A stretch of DNA of 64,000 nucleotides from Nemertoderma westbladi (taxonomy: Eukaryota; Animalia; Xenacoelomorpha), in the NCBI GenBank assembly GCA_032718475.1, contig JAUCBJ010007768.1, positions 29,104 through 93,103 on the forward strand, in the 5' to 3' direction. A program made the translations under genes and the position numbers. The notes under the pieces were generated by a model. It was not told where the DNA came from and did no database searches. It saw nothing but the letters and a program-made list of their open reading frames with translations. Shown here in pieces: positions 36,113-49,700 of the stretch; position 1 is the stretch's first letter, and the number at the start of each line of letters is the position of its first letter.

Positions 36113-36464
36113 GTAACAGTTATACTTTATTGCAGTGTAAGCATTAAATACAGTTTAATACTGTTCTGTCGAACAGTAACAGTTTATGATCTTATTGCAG
36201 TAGGCAATAGGGTTGCAAAATACCGTAGTGACTGGTAAAACTGAACCGGTACTTCTGTAAGTCAGTAGGCCTAATTGTCATCACCGGTACTGGTACTGCT
36301 GTACAAGTACATTTAGTATTATTCGATTTTGATTATTGTATACTGGTAGGTCTTAGTACTTAATCAGGGACTGCAGCCCTGAATTTTTATTGAGATTCTA
36401 CTTATTTCTGTCGGTTTTATTTCCTAGTAAGTTAACATTGAGCTGAAGACGTGTAAGTCTGCTC

Positions 36465-37040
36465 AGATTGTTCAAATAATTGTAGGCTGAACTGCTGTCT
36501 GACTGTGTTGAGTTTGGAGAGATTACGGCGTGTGTAGAGTTTGTCTGATAAAGTGCCGTTAGTAAGTTGGGGCAGCCATATGCGGTAAGGTCAATCCCCT
36601 CTTAAAGAATAAGTCGTACTACCGTGTTAGAACGCATACTAACTAACAGTTTCAGAGTCTGCATATACTGTAGTTTATTTAGGCTTGATCGTAGTCTGCC
36701 AGTGTTTTAGCCTGTGTTTGTTTGTGTGGTCTGTTCAGGTACCGTAATAGTTATTACTCAAATATTTGTAGGCTGGATTGTTGTCTAGCTATTTTTTAGG
36801 TCTGAAGGGATTGCTGCGTGTGTAGAGTTGGTCTGATCAAGTGCCGTTAGTAAGTTGGGGCAGCCATAAGCGGTAAGGTCAATCCCCTCTTAAAGAGTAA
36901 GTCGTACTACCGTGTTAGAACGCATACTAACTAACAGTTTCAGAATCTGCACATACAGTAGTTTATTTAGGCTTAGTGGTAGTCTGCCAGCGTTTGGTTT
37001 GTATTTTGTTTGAGTATTCTGTACGGGTAGCGTAATATTT
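36465..37040. repeat. ~288-bp tandem duplication in the LTR element 5' leader
   Basis: AAGTGCCGTTAGTAAGTTGGGGCAGCCATA... at 36551 and 36839. Confidence 0.9.
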
Positions 37041-38354
37041 ATTATTCAGAGTTTATGCGATTATTCGCAACATTCATGTCCCCAAGTTTATTCCTACAGT
37101 AATTGTGTTTGTTACACATACCGTTATAGTTAAACTAACCCCGGTACTACATCAGGGCTGCTTGGCGTAGGTAAAGACTGACGACTTTGTGCTTCGGTCA
37201 CTCCAGCAGATGCCGTGGTTCTTTTAACTGTTCAAGTATATTTAACTACTGATTATTTGTTATACCGGTACTTGTACCTAATTTAGGGTTTAGTGTACAG
37301 TGCTTTCCGAAGTAATTAGTGTAGGCAGTATATTTGTGTTGTAAAGTGGTTGATAGGCACATTCGTTAGCTCTATTAGCTTCTGGGTAGGAACAATCCGT
37401 GATACATAACGTAGTACCTATAGCGATACGGTTATAGGTCGTCAGGCGGTGGTATTTTCCTATCTGGACAGTACAATATATTTACTACTACTTATTATTT
37501 AAATACCGTAGTACCCTGTCCTTTATAATAACCAGAATTCTAACCCTTTGTTAGGCTGGTTGTAGACTTCCTGTAAAATTACCCTAAAAAATTCGTACGT
37601 AATATTTTTGTTGTGTTTAATTAGAGAATTAATCTCACCCGTATCGTAAGTAATTTGTAGTAATAAGTAACTTAGGTAAATTAGAATTATCAGTTTTAGT
37701 GTCAAATAAATAGCACTTCACTGAGAGCGCACAGCTTCTGTGTAGTGACCCCCAGAAATAATAACATTTATTTCAAATATTGACAAAAAACCCATTTAAA
37801 CGGGTATATAAATATTATAAATCAAATCAAACGATTTATAAATAGTAGGCCTGTCATACAAAAACTAGGTCTCACTATCAGTTGGACTACTGCTTAAATA
37901 ACAGTAACAAAGTAAGTTAAAGTAACCAAGTAGCCCTAAAATATTCAGAGATTCAATTATTCTAAAATAATTGACATACCGGTACTCACTATAGGCTTAT
38001 TATATTTATTCGATAAATTTAGGCTGAAATCATACCGGTACTCTGTAATTAATTCTAGTCCAGAATTATACTTATATACTATAAGTGTAAGCTGTATACC
38101 GGTATTCACGATAGGCCTATTATATATTTATATATATTTGTGCTAAATTTATATACCGGTACTCTGTGACAAATCTAGTCTGTAATAATACTTATATATA
38201 TATTATCAGCATACCGGTATTCTAATATATTATATATATCACGCTACACTGAGTAGCAGTATCGGTAATTAATTATTAGGCCAACAGCGATACTGAATTA
38301 CTAGACTTGCTTTAACTGTAATATAGCAGTAGGCATTCAACTGTACAATCAAAC

Positions 38355-41300
38355 ATGGCTGACACAAGGCAAACTCTGTCAGATAGTCTCCTAGAAACAA
38401 CAGCCTGTTTCTCAGATCAAAGTGTAGAGAATCCCAGACCGAGGTCTGAAACCCCTCATACTGTAAGAAGGGCAACCCCTGCAGTGGTTGTGACAGAACC
38501 TAGGTTGGTAGAAAAGATTTCGCAATTTGCGAAGTTAGTGAAGCGCCGTTGGTCTGCCATAGGCACTCGGGCCCAAGTCAAGCGGGATCAAGAAGAAGCT
38601 ATAAAACAGCAGCAACCTCCTAGCCAAGAACCTAGTTCTCAGCGGCCCGATAACTCCAGTAGTTCGGATACTGTTGAGCGGACGCCCGAACGCGGAGCGA
38701 AGATGGCGGATACGGTTTATGATGGGCGGCCAGCCTGTGGGGAATCAACCAACGCCACTTCTTCTCAAGTGGAAAGTGAGGTGGAAGGCGAAGTGGAAAG
38801 TGAGGTGGAAGGCGAAGTGGAAAGTGAGGTGGAAAGCGAAGTGGAAAGCGAATTAACATCAGCAGAGAAGCCGCGAACTAGAGACGCTATCGACATTTAT
38901 TTGTCCGACTATCAGCGATTCCTAGGAGACGAAGAGTTGAGGAGACGGCTGTCTGGACTTTCCCCTAATAGTGAAGGAACCAAGCTTGTGTTGGACTCAA
39001 TCGATGCCGAAATGTTAGCTGCAAACCAAGCTGAATGTGATGAAAAACTCCGCCTCATTAGAGTCCGAGAAGAACAAATAAAGAAAAGAAGGATAGAGGA
39101 ACAAAAGGCGGCGGCTATGGCGGCGGCTATGGCAGATGCAGAAGCAGAAAGAAAAGCAGCAAAGGCGGTGGCTATGGCAGATGCAGAAGCAGAAAGAAAG
39201 GCAGCAAAGGCAGTGGCAGAAGCAGAACGGAGAGCGTCTGAGGAGACTATCCAATTGGAGTTGGAAAATCTGCAAGAGACGCAAGACAGTATAAATAAAC
39301 AGTTTACTGCTAATTAAATGCAGATGATGAGTCGATCTACTCCCAAGCGCCAAAGATACACATCATCGGAGGAAGGCGAGACCACCGATCCTGAAGGCGG
39401 AGGAAATAGATCTCGTCTAAGCAGGCGTAGAAAAACATCTCACCGTCATAAACTGCCTGATTTGCCCCCAGCTGTTAAAAGACAGCTAACTAGCACAGAT
39501 TTAGGTAGTGCAGAACCCATAGAACAATTTATCCAGGTCAAAAGACTCCCTACTATAGTCGATGAACCTGAAATAATTAGGCCTGTAGTTCCCAAAGTCA
39601 CTTCTGTGCTAGAGACCCCTACACTTCCAGAGCTTAACTCTAAATTCCCTTTACATAGCACTACACTGCCTGTACCCGGTGGAACAGTCCATGCAAATAC
39701 CCCTGTCCAGATAGCAGAGAGAGAAATCAATAATTTGTCTCCCGTCGTCCCGCGTCAGCCCGCTACTATGTTGGCGACTCCCGCTTCGGCGGTTGAGTGG
39801 GTGGAAGAGGGACGGCGGGGGATGAATCTCCTGCTGGGACAGATGCAGGAGACTGTCCACCAACTTAAGGGAACAGTGAGGGAAGGTAGAGCAGAGTTGC
39901 AAGAAGTGCAGCAAAGTATCGCGCTAGAACGCGACAAATTAGTCAATATACAAAAAGGCATACCAATACCTCCTGTAACATTGTGTCAACCTGTTAGGTC
40001 TGAAGTACTACATGCGCAAGGTGTGGAGCCTACACGCATCTATACTGCTAGTGAAGTTGAAACTCCTATAGCAAACCCTATTAAGGGTGATTATAAACCT
40101 GTTATTAATGATATTCCCTATAGACCTGATAATGATCCGAGAAATTTATATACCGATAATTCGATATTAAATAACACGATGGTCCAAGAAAGCTTTACGC
40201 GTCAGATGGCTAGAACAGAAGCCCGCCAAGCGGTCAAAGTGGGAGAGATCGTCAAATTCAATGGAGATGAGATGAAATGGTTACCTTTCAACGAATATTA
40301 CAAAGATAGCATACAGAACTCTGTACTATCTAACGGAGAGAAACTTAGATTCCTCATCAAGTGCTTGGAAGGACCTCCCAAGTTAATGGCGTTAAAGTTT
40401 ATTGGACATCCAGATGGATTAAGACAAGTTTGGGATACACTAAACATCAGGTATGGTAACAAGGATAACATAGCTAAGTATTTGTATGCAAAATTAGTAG
40501 CCCCCCGACACTTCCTTAGTAGCGGGATTATAGAGTTTTCCGATGAAATTCAAGAGATCTGTAGACAACTGGACTGGTTAGGTAAGTCGCATGAATATCA
40601 GAGTTCCATGGTTATTGGAGCCGTAGTCTCTACTTTACCAAAGGGTGGAGTATGTACACGCTGGGACAAGAAAGTGTTGTACATGAATGAACAACAACGA
40701 CGAAGTCCTACCATGGCTGATCTCATGTCTTTCTTAGATAGTGAAGTAAAATTACAACTCATAAGGCAGGCCAGAGAGAAAACATCGGAAAATAAGGTAA
40801 GTGAGAAACCCGATTCTAGGAGAAGGATAATACCAGTGTGTTATACTGACGACGGCGAAAGCCAAGCTTCTCAAGAAGAGGACAGCGGGAAAGACACAGC
40901 AAAATCTTACTATGACAACAAGACCTATAAAGACGTAAGTAAATACAAGTCTCGAACCAGTGACAGGAGAGAACAGGTAACAACAACTCCTCCTACGTCT
41001 CCTAAGATAATTCACGGAAGAAAGCCCGAAGAAAGAACGAGAGTGCATAACGTTAACCAAGTTAAGGTGAGTAACATCAAACCAAAATGTGCGCTGTGCG
41101 ACGGGCCTCACCGTTTGAGTGCGTGTGCTGAATTTCTAAAGAAATCCCCTGTAGACAGACGTACAGTCCTGTGGAATAAGCGGTTATGCTATAATTGCCT
41201 CAGATCAGGACACCAACGGCGAACCTGTTACTCCGACGCAAAGTGTGCAAAGTGTGGCGCGAAACATCACATTTTGTTACACAGTGAGTTCGAACGAGAC

Positions 41301-42515
41301 AACCCGAGTCAGGTAAGTGAGCCCGAATTACATGTCCAATTCAGTGATGTGAACGACACTGACCAAGGTTCTGAGTGGGAAGGATTCTATACAGACGAAT
41401 TCTCCGATGCCAACGAATCCTGTTATCTAATAAATACCACAGTGTATCGAGCACTTACGGATGAAAAGGACACTGACGAGTTTACTCCAACTCCTTTTGA
41501 CAAACAACCATCTTGGAAAGTTCCAACTTCCAACATAGGAATAAGAGAATTTCCTGTAGTGCAAGTTCGAGTTCATGGTCCCAACAAGAGTTACATAGTG
41601 AACGCCCTACTTGACTCCGGCAGCACAGGAACATTCATCGATCAAGAACTAGCCGAAGATATCTTTGCTGGACAACCCAAGTTCCGGACTAAATTGAATA
41701 TGTCAGGAATTATGCAGGTTTGGAAATCTACCCTAACGGCAGATTACTATGTAGGTGTGTTGTCCACCCCCCAGGATAAGTTAGGAACACAAGGTATAAG
41801 GTCAGTAAAAATGGTGGCTATAAAGAACTTTGCTACTACTCAAGCAGAACCTTATAACTGGGACGAGGACGAGTGCATCCAACATCTTGAGATACCTCGA
41901 TTCCAAACCGATTATCCTGGAGTGCAAATACTCATCGGCCAAAACGCGCATGAGGCGCTCGAGCCATTAGAGAAACGGCCTGCTCAACCACAGCCACTAC
42001 AAACCTATGCGGTAAGAACTAGAGTAGGTTGGTACTTCACTGGCCCTTCCCGTAGAACTCTCAAAGAGAGATTACCTCAACAACAGGTATACCAAGTAAA
42101 GGGGGAAGTGGAGAGCAGTGATGTGGACGACCCAACTGAGGGAACACCATACTCCTCAGATAATGACGATATTAACTCCAATGTAGATCAATGGAGACAT
42201 TGCCTTGGGACGATTAATCCAGCCGACATCGCTTCCAGAGGAGCAACTCCTCAAGAACTGATAGATACTCCAGGCTGGTTAGGTGGACCCGACTCCCTAA
42301 GTAAAGAAGAAGATGAATGGCCTCCCCACCTTAACCCGGCTGAGATTAGACAGGCCAAGGGAGCGGAGAAAGTAACACGACAACCCAATCACCCAGCTGG
42401 TCGTTTATGTTTACTGGAAAGAGACCAAAAACTGTCCGGAAACTATGGAAGGCAAGATACTCTTCCTACGACCACTTCCCTAATTCGACAAAGATCTAGG
42501 GACTCCATAACGTAA
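38355..42515 (+). CDS. BEL/Pao Gag-protease polyprotein (two in-frame ORFs separated by one TAA at 39315-39317) fused to an RNase H C-terminal remnant
   Basis: KFNGD..W..F...LSNGEKLRFL (DUF1759-like), three Zn knuckles (CALCDGPHRLSAC, CYNCLRSGHQRRTC, CAKCGAKHHILLH), ALLDSGS protease, RTRVGWYFTGP, then QWRHCLGTINPADIASRG...W..GP. Confidence 0.92.
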
Positions 42516-44111
42516 TTATATATGGAGTGGGTGTATGTCTATATTATTTTATCTGTTTTTATTACATTTTTATATGTAAATGTTATTATGTACGTTATTA
42601 TAATCGTTTTTATTTAATTTTATTTAGTAAAATGTTATTTTAGAATATTTAGTAAATTAGTGCAATATATTAGTGTTTATTACGTATTTAATTACTTATA
42701 ATATATTTAGTGCGACGGCAAGAAGTAATTATTTTCTCTTTCCTTACTGTCCGTATTATATTATAAATGCGAGACTATAGTAAGATGACATGTCAGTACT
42801 TCTTAAAGTACAATAAAGCCACTACTATATTTAAGTATTATTGGTAGGCAGAGTATTAGGAATGCAAAGTTCAGATCCTCGTGTCTCGGCTAAACCAAGC
42901 TCTGGGTAGACCTTGGAAACGACTTGCCTCTTCACACTGACATTGCTTCGTGCGATATTGCTCTTCTACCTTATAACAAATAATACATATAGTAGCGTGA
43001 TGTCCCTCTAACAGTAGCGTAAATCGCAAATAAATCTGTTAAACTTTTTGACCATCTGTAATTCTAGTCGATTAAGATATCGTGGCACCCACCGATATAC
43101 TTGAAAGACAAATTCTAGAATCAGTGGTTAACGTCCCCAGACAAGTTCTGGAATAAATCGGTGCCCATCCTAAATATTAATTTAATATTTATTAAAATCT
43201 GTAAAATCCCGATCCTTTAAAATTTCTAGTCAATTAAGATATCGCAGTATTTATTAGAATTAAGGATCCTAAGTTCCCAGATATGCTCTGGAATAAAATT
43301 TATGTCAATTTAATATCAAATAATAAAATTCACGGGAATAAATTTAAATTCATATTCAAATGAATTTCATAAATTGTCATTTTGTACAATTTATAACATT
43401 CCCAAAATTCCAGTAATTAATAGATCATGGGAGCGGAGATTCATATTGAGTGTACTAGAGTGTGAGAATCTCCAACATATAGTCAATAGCCGATAAAATT
43501 TATAAAATCATGCATAAAGAAGATATTGACAATTAAAGAATTACTATTAAATAACATCCCAGATCTGTATGCATGAGGATTGCCCTAATTCTACCGCTAG
43601 TTTTCCATAATGTCACCATGGCAACACCCACGCTAGAATTAGAAGCAAGTTAAAGGAACAATAAAAAGCTTGCCCCATTGCGTAGCATAAGAGTATACAT
43701 AGCGCACTATTAGTATCCAAGGATACATAGTAATAACGTGACATTCTGGAAGACATTGACTAACGGACAAATGGCATGCATGTGTGCAGTAAGTAATGAT
43801 TGTATGGAATTTGTGCGTTTATAGGTGAATGTTACTACTAAAGTGTGTTTACAGTAGCTAATCGCAATTGTAAAATAGCCCTAACTCTACCGAGATAACC
43901 TCAAGTGGATTCAAGCCTTTGGGACGGACAGTGGTGGGACTTGTGCCGGTTATCGTTGTCGTGCTGTTGCTACATGTTGGCGTAAACACTGCGACAGCGG
44001 TACATCGGCGCTGAGAAACCCACTGTCCGGGGGCAAAAGCCTAGTAAGCAGCGACGCCCGCTTGCCTAAAATATTAACTCATATTGATATTGATAAACTC
44101 AGATAGCAGAT

Positions 44112-45101
44112 ATGACGGAATTGATAGAAGATGACCTTGGTATTAGAGAGCGATATACTCTACCTTTACAAGCGTTTGTGGATAGCTTGATACGCGGTGA
44201 AGCCGATCCGACTATTACGGAGGACGATGGTCGTTATATCGAACCGCCGATGTCCCAAGAGCAACTTACGCGTGAATTGGACTATCGAAAATTAACTGCT
44301 CGCTATACGCATCGTAATGGTACGTATATGGACTTCTTAACTACCGGCCATCCTATCGATTTACATGATACGGACGATGTAGACACCGAAAGGGAAATGG
44401 TTCTATTTAAATATCATACCCAGCGGCGTCGTAACGATAAACCGAGAATAGATCACGAAAATTCTATTCGTAACAGACTGGGAAGACGAACCAATATGTC
44501 TAGAATCTGAGGAGATTCAGCCTATCGCGCTCGGAACAGCGACAACGATTACATCCTAGAATGGTATCAAGGTCCACAGTGTCTCACTGCGTACGATTAT
44601 CGCCATGCCAACTATGTTTCTCGGCAACGTTGTCGGTTATGCGCATCGAGAGACCATGTTACGCCCATGGACACAAACGTCCGCTGTTCCTATTTCCACG
44701 AACAACCGGCGATGGAAATTTATTGAGCGTATTGCAGATTTAATAATTTGCATATTTTTGCGGTTTGCCCTCAATTTATGACTCAATGTCACCACTGTCC
44801 ACTAAAGGGACACGCCAGTTTCGATTGCCCTTTTAATCGCGATTTGGAAAGCGTAGATGAAATGATCACACTACGTTACATTAGAGCTTGGGAAGCGAAC
44901 GCTGATTTACATCGTGATTCGCGCCATCGCTATTATCCTGGACGCGCTTACGAAGGAATTTATGCGTTCCATCCTTATCTATTCGCTTCTGTCGAACAGA
45001 AATCACGCATATCGAGTTACAGGAAGTATATCGACGGCCTTACGAGTACCGAGCCCGCGAACGCGAGTTGGAAAGAACCATTAAACCAAGGAAGTTTCTA
45101 A
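44112..45101 (+). pseudogene. Extra 3' ORF of the LTR element, Zn-knuckle protein with two in-frame TGA
   Basis: 44112..44510 and 44748..45101 are one frame with TGA at 44508 and 44724; CRLCASRDH, *AYCRFNNLHIFAVC, CHHCPLKGHASFDC. Confidence 0.7.
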
Positions 45102-45477
45102 CTGCCTATGGTCCACCCACGGCCCTCATTCAGACCACTCGTAAAGGACCCGTAAGAGCGGCTGTCTTGAAACGAGCTCTCAAAGCCGTTAGACCCTCTC
45201 CCCCGACGTTGATGTCAATCAACTCGGCACTTCGACTGGCGGATACACCGACCATAATCCTATACCCTCTGATGCAATCATGTTGCACCCTTCACCCAGG
45301 AGTTATAGCCCTCCTTGTAAAGTGGCTCGCCCCAAAGAGAAAAAGACTCTGGCTAGCTTTAAAAAACTGCGTAAACGCCGTCCGCGCATGAAAGACTAAC
45401 TGTTTAGAGTATTTTTATATTTTAGAAACTGTGATTTTGTATATTTTATAGACTTAAATCCCATTTTCTGGGAGCGG

Positions 45478-46710
45478 TGTAAAAGCTTCTGTGGGATATA
45501 ACTGGCCCCTTTTTGCTTCGCAATCCAGTTTCCCCCAGGCGCTGGAATACTCTAAAAAGGTTCTCTAACTGTATATATATTCCCCTCGCCCGCAAGGTAC
45601 CGTTACAGGTGTTTTAACGGACATAAAAGTCATTCTGCTATATACGTGTTTTGGCGGACATGGTAAGGCAAAAAACCTGTAATGCACCAACTACCTTTCA
45701 CAGCTTAGCCGTGATGATTCATATTACGACATCTAACAGCTGGTTGCTGACATGGAAACAGCCATTGGATGCATGGTTCTTTGTTTGGCTTGAGCCAATC
45801 AGAGCGATTTTTCCTGTCGACGTGTAGCTTTTCAGCCGATCATAAGGAGAGTGTTCAGTCTTACTGCCTTACTTGATACTTTGTTGTTATTGCTGTCTAA
45901 GCCAGAAACACCGGCTTTTTGGGAAGAACTCTAGTAAACTGCTTAGATTATAGAAAGTATAACTGTTACCGGCGGTGTTACCTCACTTAATTTAACTGCA
46001 CTAATCATATTGTTTGTACTGCTATTTACCGTCAGTTATTAATTGTATCTATTTGTTGATGGAAATATTGCTCTTTGGAGAATACGGATAAATCACCCAA
46101 AATTCCCAATTTTCTTGATACACTACAGGTTAGAGAGGCGGGCTATATATAACAATTGCGATTTATATCAATGTGGTGTGTATTGAATCTAATGTTATTT
46201 AGTAGACACTACCTGAGTCAATTGCTGTTCTCTTTATGTGTGATCAAATATACTGACGGTCGGCAGAATAGTGTGCATGATTGTGAGTGTGATGTGACTG
46301 GTAACAAAGCATTTCCTAAAGAATGCGACTTATACTTTAATCATAAGCCTTATCGTTGCGTTTAGTATAAGTCCTAGCTCTGTTTAAATAGATAGAGCGC
46401 CACGTCCTAAAGGAACTGTTAATATTTCCCGAAAGTTAATAATATCTGTCAGAAATTACATATTAGCGATCAATCGAATAATACAGTAGGCTTACACTGC
46501 AACCTTACACTGCAATAATAAAATCTAAGCATCCGAATTCAGCCTCCCGGGTGTAGATCCATCGGGTGAATGATCGCGCATGGGCTGGCTTCGGCTAATG
46601 TTTTGTTTATTAGCATAAAATATTGTCGTATGCTAAAGGTGTGTTAATTAACTAAAAGACATATAAATTTTGGCAGGTTAAACTGCTAAAGGTCTTCAAA
46701 AGCGCGAACA
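45478..46710 (+). repeat. 3' LTR
   Basis: Direct repeat of 34880-36112. Confidence 0.95.
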
Positions 46711-49700
46711 CACTCAGTACTGTAATAATATGCAGCTATCACTCAGTACTGTAATAATGTGCAGCTATCACTCAGTACTGTAATAATGTGCAGCTATCAC
46801 TCAGTACTGTAATAATGTGCAGCTATCACTCAGTACTGTAATAATGTGCAGCTATCACTCAGTACTGTAATAATGTGCAGCTACCACTCAGTACTGTAAT
46901 AATGTGCAGCTATCACTCAGTACTGTAATAATGTGCAGCTATCACTCAGTACTGTAATAATGTGCAGCTATCACTCAGTACTGTAATAATGTGCAGCTAT
47001 CACTCAGTACTGTAATAATGTGCAGCTATCACTCAGTACTGTAATAATGTGCAGCTATCACTCAGTACTGTAATAATGTGCAGCTATCACTCAGTACTGT
47101 AATAATGTGCAGCTATCACTCAGTACTGTAATAATGTGCAGCTATCACTCAGTACTGTAATAATGTGCAGCTATCACTCAGTACTGTAATAATGTGCAGC
47201 TATCACTCAGTACTGTAATAATGTGCAGCTATCACTCAGTACTGTAATAATGTGCAGCTATCACTCAGTACTGTAATAATGTGCAGCTATCACTCAGTAC
47301 TGTAATAATGTGCAGCTATCACTCAGTACTGTAATAATGTGCAGCTATCACTCAGTACTGTAATAATGTGCAGCTATCACTCAGTACTGTAATAATGTGC
47401 AGCTATCACTCAGTACTGTAATAATGTGCAGCTATCACTCAGTACTGTAATAATGTGCAGCTATCACTCAGTACTGTAATAATGTGCAGCTATCACTCAG
47501 TACTGTAATAATGTGCAGCTATCACTCAGTACTGTAATAATGTGCAGCTATCACTCAGTACTGTAATAATGTGCAGCTATCACTCAGTACTGTAATAATG
47601 TGCAGCTATCACTCAGTACTGTAATAATGTGCAGCTATCACTCAGTACTGTAATAATGTGCAGCTATCACTCAGTACTGTAATAATGTGCAGCTATCACT
47701 CAGTACTGTAATAATGTGCAGCTATCACTCAGTACTGTAATAATGTGCAGCTATCACTCAGTACTGTAATAATGTGCAGCTATCACTCAGTACTGTAATA
47801 ATGTGCAGCTATCACTCAGTACTGTAATAATGTGCAGCTATCACTCAGTACTGTAATAATGTGCAGCTATCACTCAGTACTGTAATAATGTGCAGCTATC
47901 ACTCAGTACTGTAATAATGTGCAGCTATCACTCAGTACTGTAATAATGTGCAGCTATCACTCAGTACTGTAATAATGTGCAGCTATCACTCAGTACTGTA
48001 ATAATGTGCAGCTATCACTCAGTACTGTAATAATGTGCAGCTATCACTCAGTACTGTAATAATGTGCAGCTATCACTCAGTACTGTAATAATGTGCAGCT
48101 ATCACTCAGTACTGTAATAATGTGCAGCTATCACTCAGTACTGTAATAATGTGCAGCTATCACTCAGTACTGTAATAATGTGCAGCTATCACTCAGTACT
48201 GTAATAATGTGCAGCTATCACTCAGTACTGTAATAATGTGCAGCTATCACTCAGTACTGTAATAATGTGCAGCTATCACTCAGTACTGTAATAATGTGCA
48301 GCTATCACTCAGTACTGTAATAATGTGCAGCTATCACTCAGTACTGTAATAATGTGCAGCTATCACTCAGTACTGTAATAATGTGCAGCTATCACTCAGT
48401 ACTGTAATAATGTGCAGCTATCACTCAGTACTGTAATAATGTGCAGCTATCACTCAGTACTGTAATAATGTGCAGCTATCACTCAGTACTGTAATAATGT
48501 GCAGCTATCACTCAGTACTGTAATAATGTGCAGCTATCACTCAGTACTGTAATAATGTGCAGCTATCACTCAGTACTGTAATAATGTGCAGCTATCACTC
48601 AGTACTGTAATAATGTGCAGCTATCACTCAGTACTGTAATAATGTGCAGCTATCACTCAGTACTGTAATAATGTGCAGCTATCACTCAGTACTGTAATAA
48701 TGTGCAGCTATCACTCAGTACTGTAATAATGTGCAGCTATCACTCAGTACTGTAATAATGTGCAGCTATCACTCAGTACTGTAATAATGTGCAGCTATCA
48801 CTCAGTACTGTAATAATGTGCAGCTATCACTCAGTACTGTAATAATGTGCAGCTATCACTCAGTACTGTAATAATGTGCAGCTATCACTCAGTACTGTAA
48901 TAATGTGCAGCTATCACTCAGTACTGTAATAATGTGCAGCTATCACTCAGTACTGTAATAATGTGCAGCTATCACTCAGTACTGTAATAATGTGCAGCTA
49001 TCACTCAGTACTGTAATAATGTGCAGCTATCACTCAGTACTGTAATAATGTGCAGCTATCACTCAGTACTGTAATAATGTGCAGCTATCACTCAGTACTG
49101 TAATAATGTGCAGCTATCACTCAGTACTGTAATAATGTGCAGCTATCACTCAGTACTGTAATAATGTGCAGCTATCACTCAGTACTGTAATAATGTGCAG
49201 CTATCACTCAGTACTGTAATAATGTGCAGCTATCACTCAGTACTGTAATAATGTGCAGCTATCACTCAGTACTGTAATAATGTGCAGCTATCACTCAGTA
49301 CTGTAATAATGTGCAGCTATCACTCAGTACTGTAATAATGTGCAGCTATCACTCAGTACTGTAATAATGTGCAGCTATCACTCAGTACTGTAATAATGTG
49401 CAGCTATCACTCAGTACTGTAATAATGTGCAGCTATCACTCAGTACTGTAATAATGTGCAGCTATCACTCAGTACTGTAATAATGTGCAGCTATCACTCA
49501 GTACTGTAATAATGTGCAGCTATCACTCAGTACTGTAATAATGTGCAGCTATCACTCAGTACTGTAATAATGTGCAGCTATCACTCAGTACTGTAATAAT
49601 GTGCAGCTATCACTCAGTACTGTAATAATGTGCAGCTATCACTCAGTACTGTAATAATGTGCAGCTATCACTCAGTACTGTAATAATGTGCAGCTATCAC

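Larger units (their letters stand above)
34880..46710 (+). mobile_element. BEL/Pao LTR retrotransposon, non-autonomous (RT and integrase missing)
   Basis: Two 1233-bp TG...CA LTRs, 5-bp TSD CACTC (34875-34879, 46711-46715), purine-rich GGGAGCGG before the 3' LTR, Pao-type gag-protease. Confidence 0.95.
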
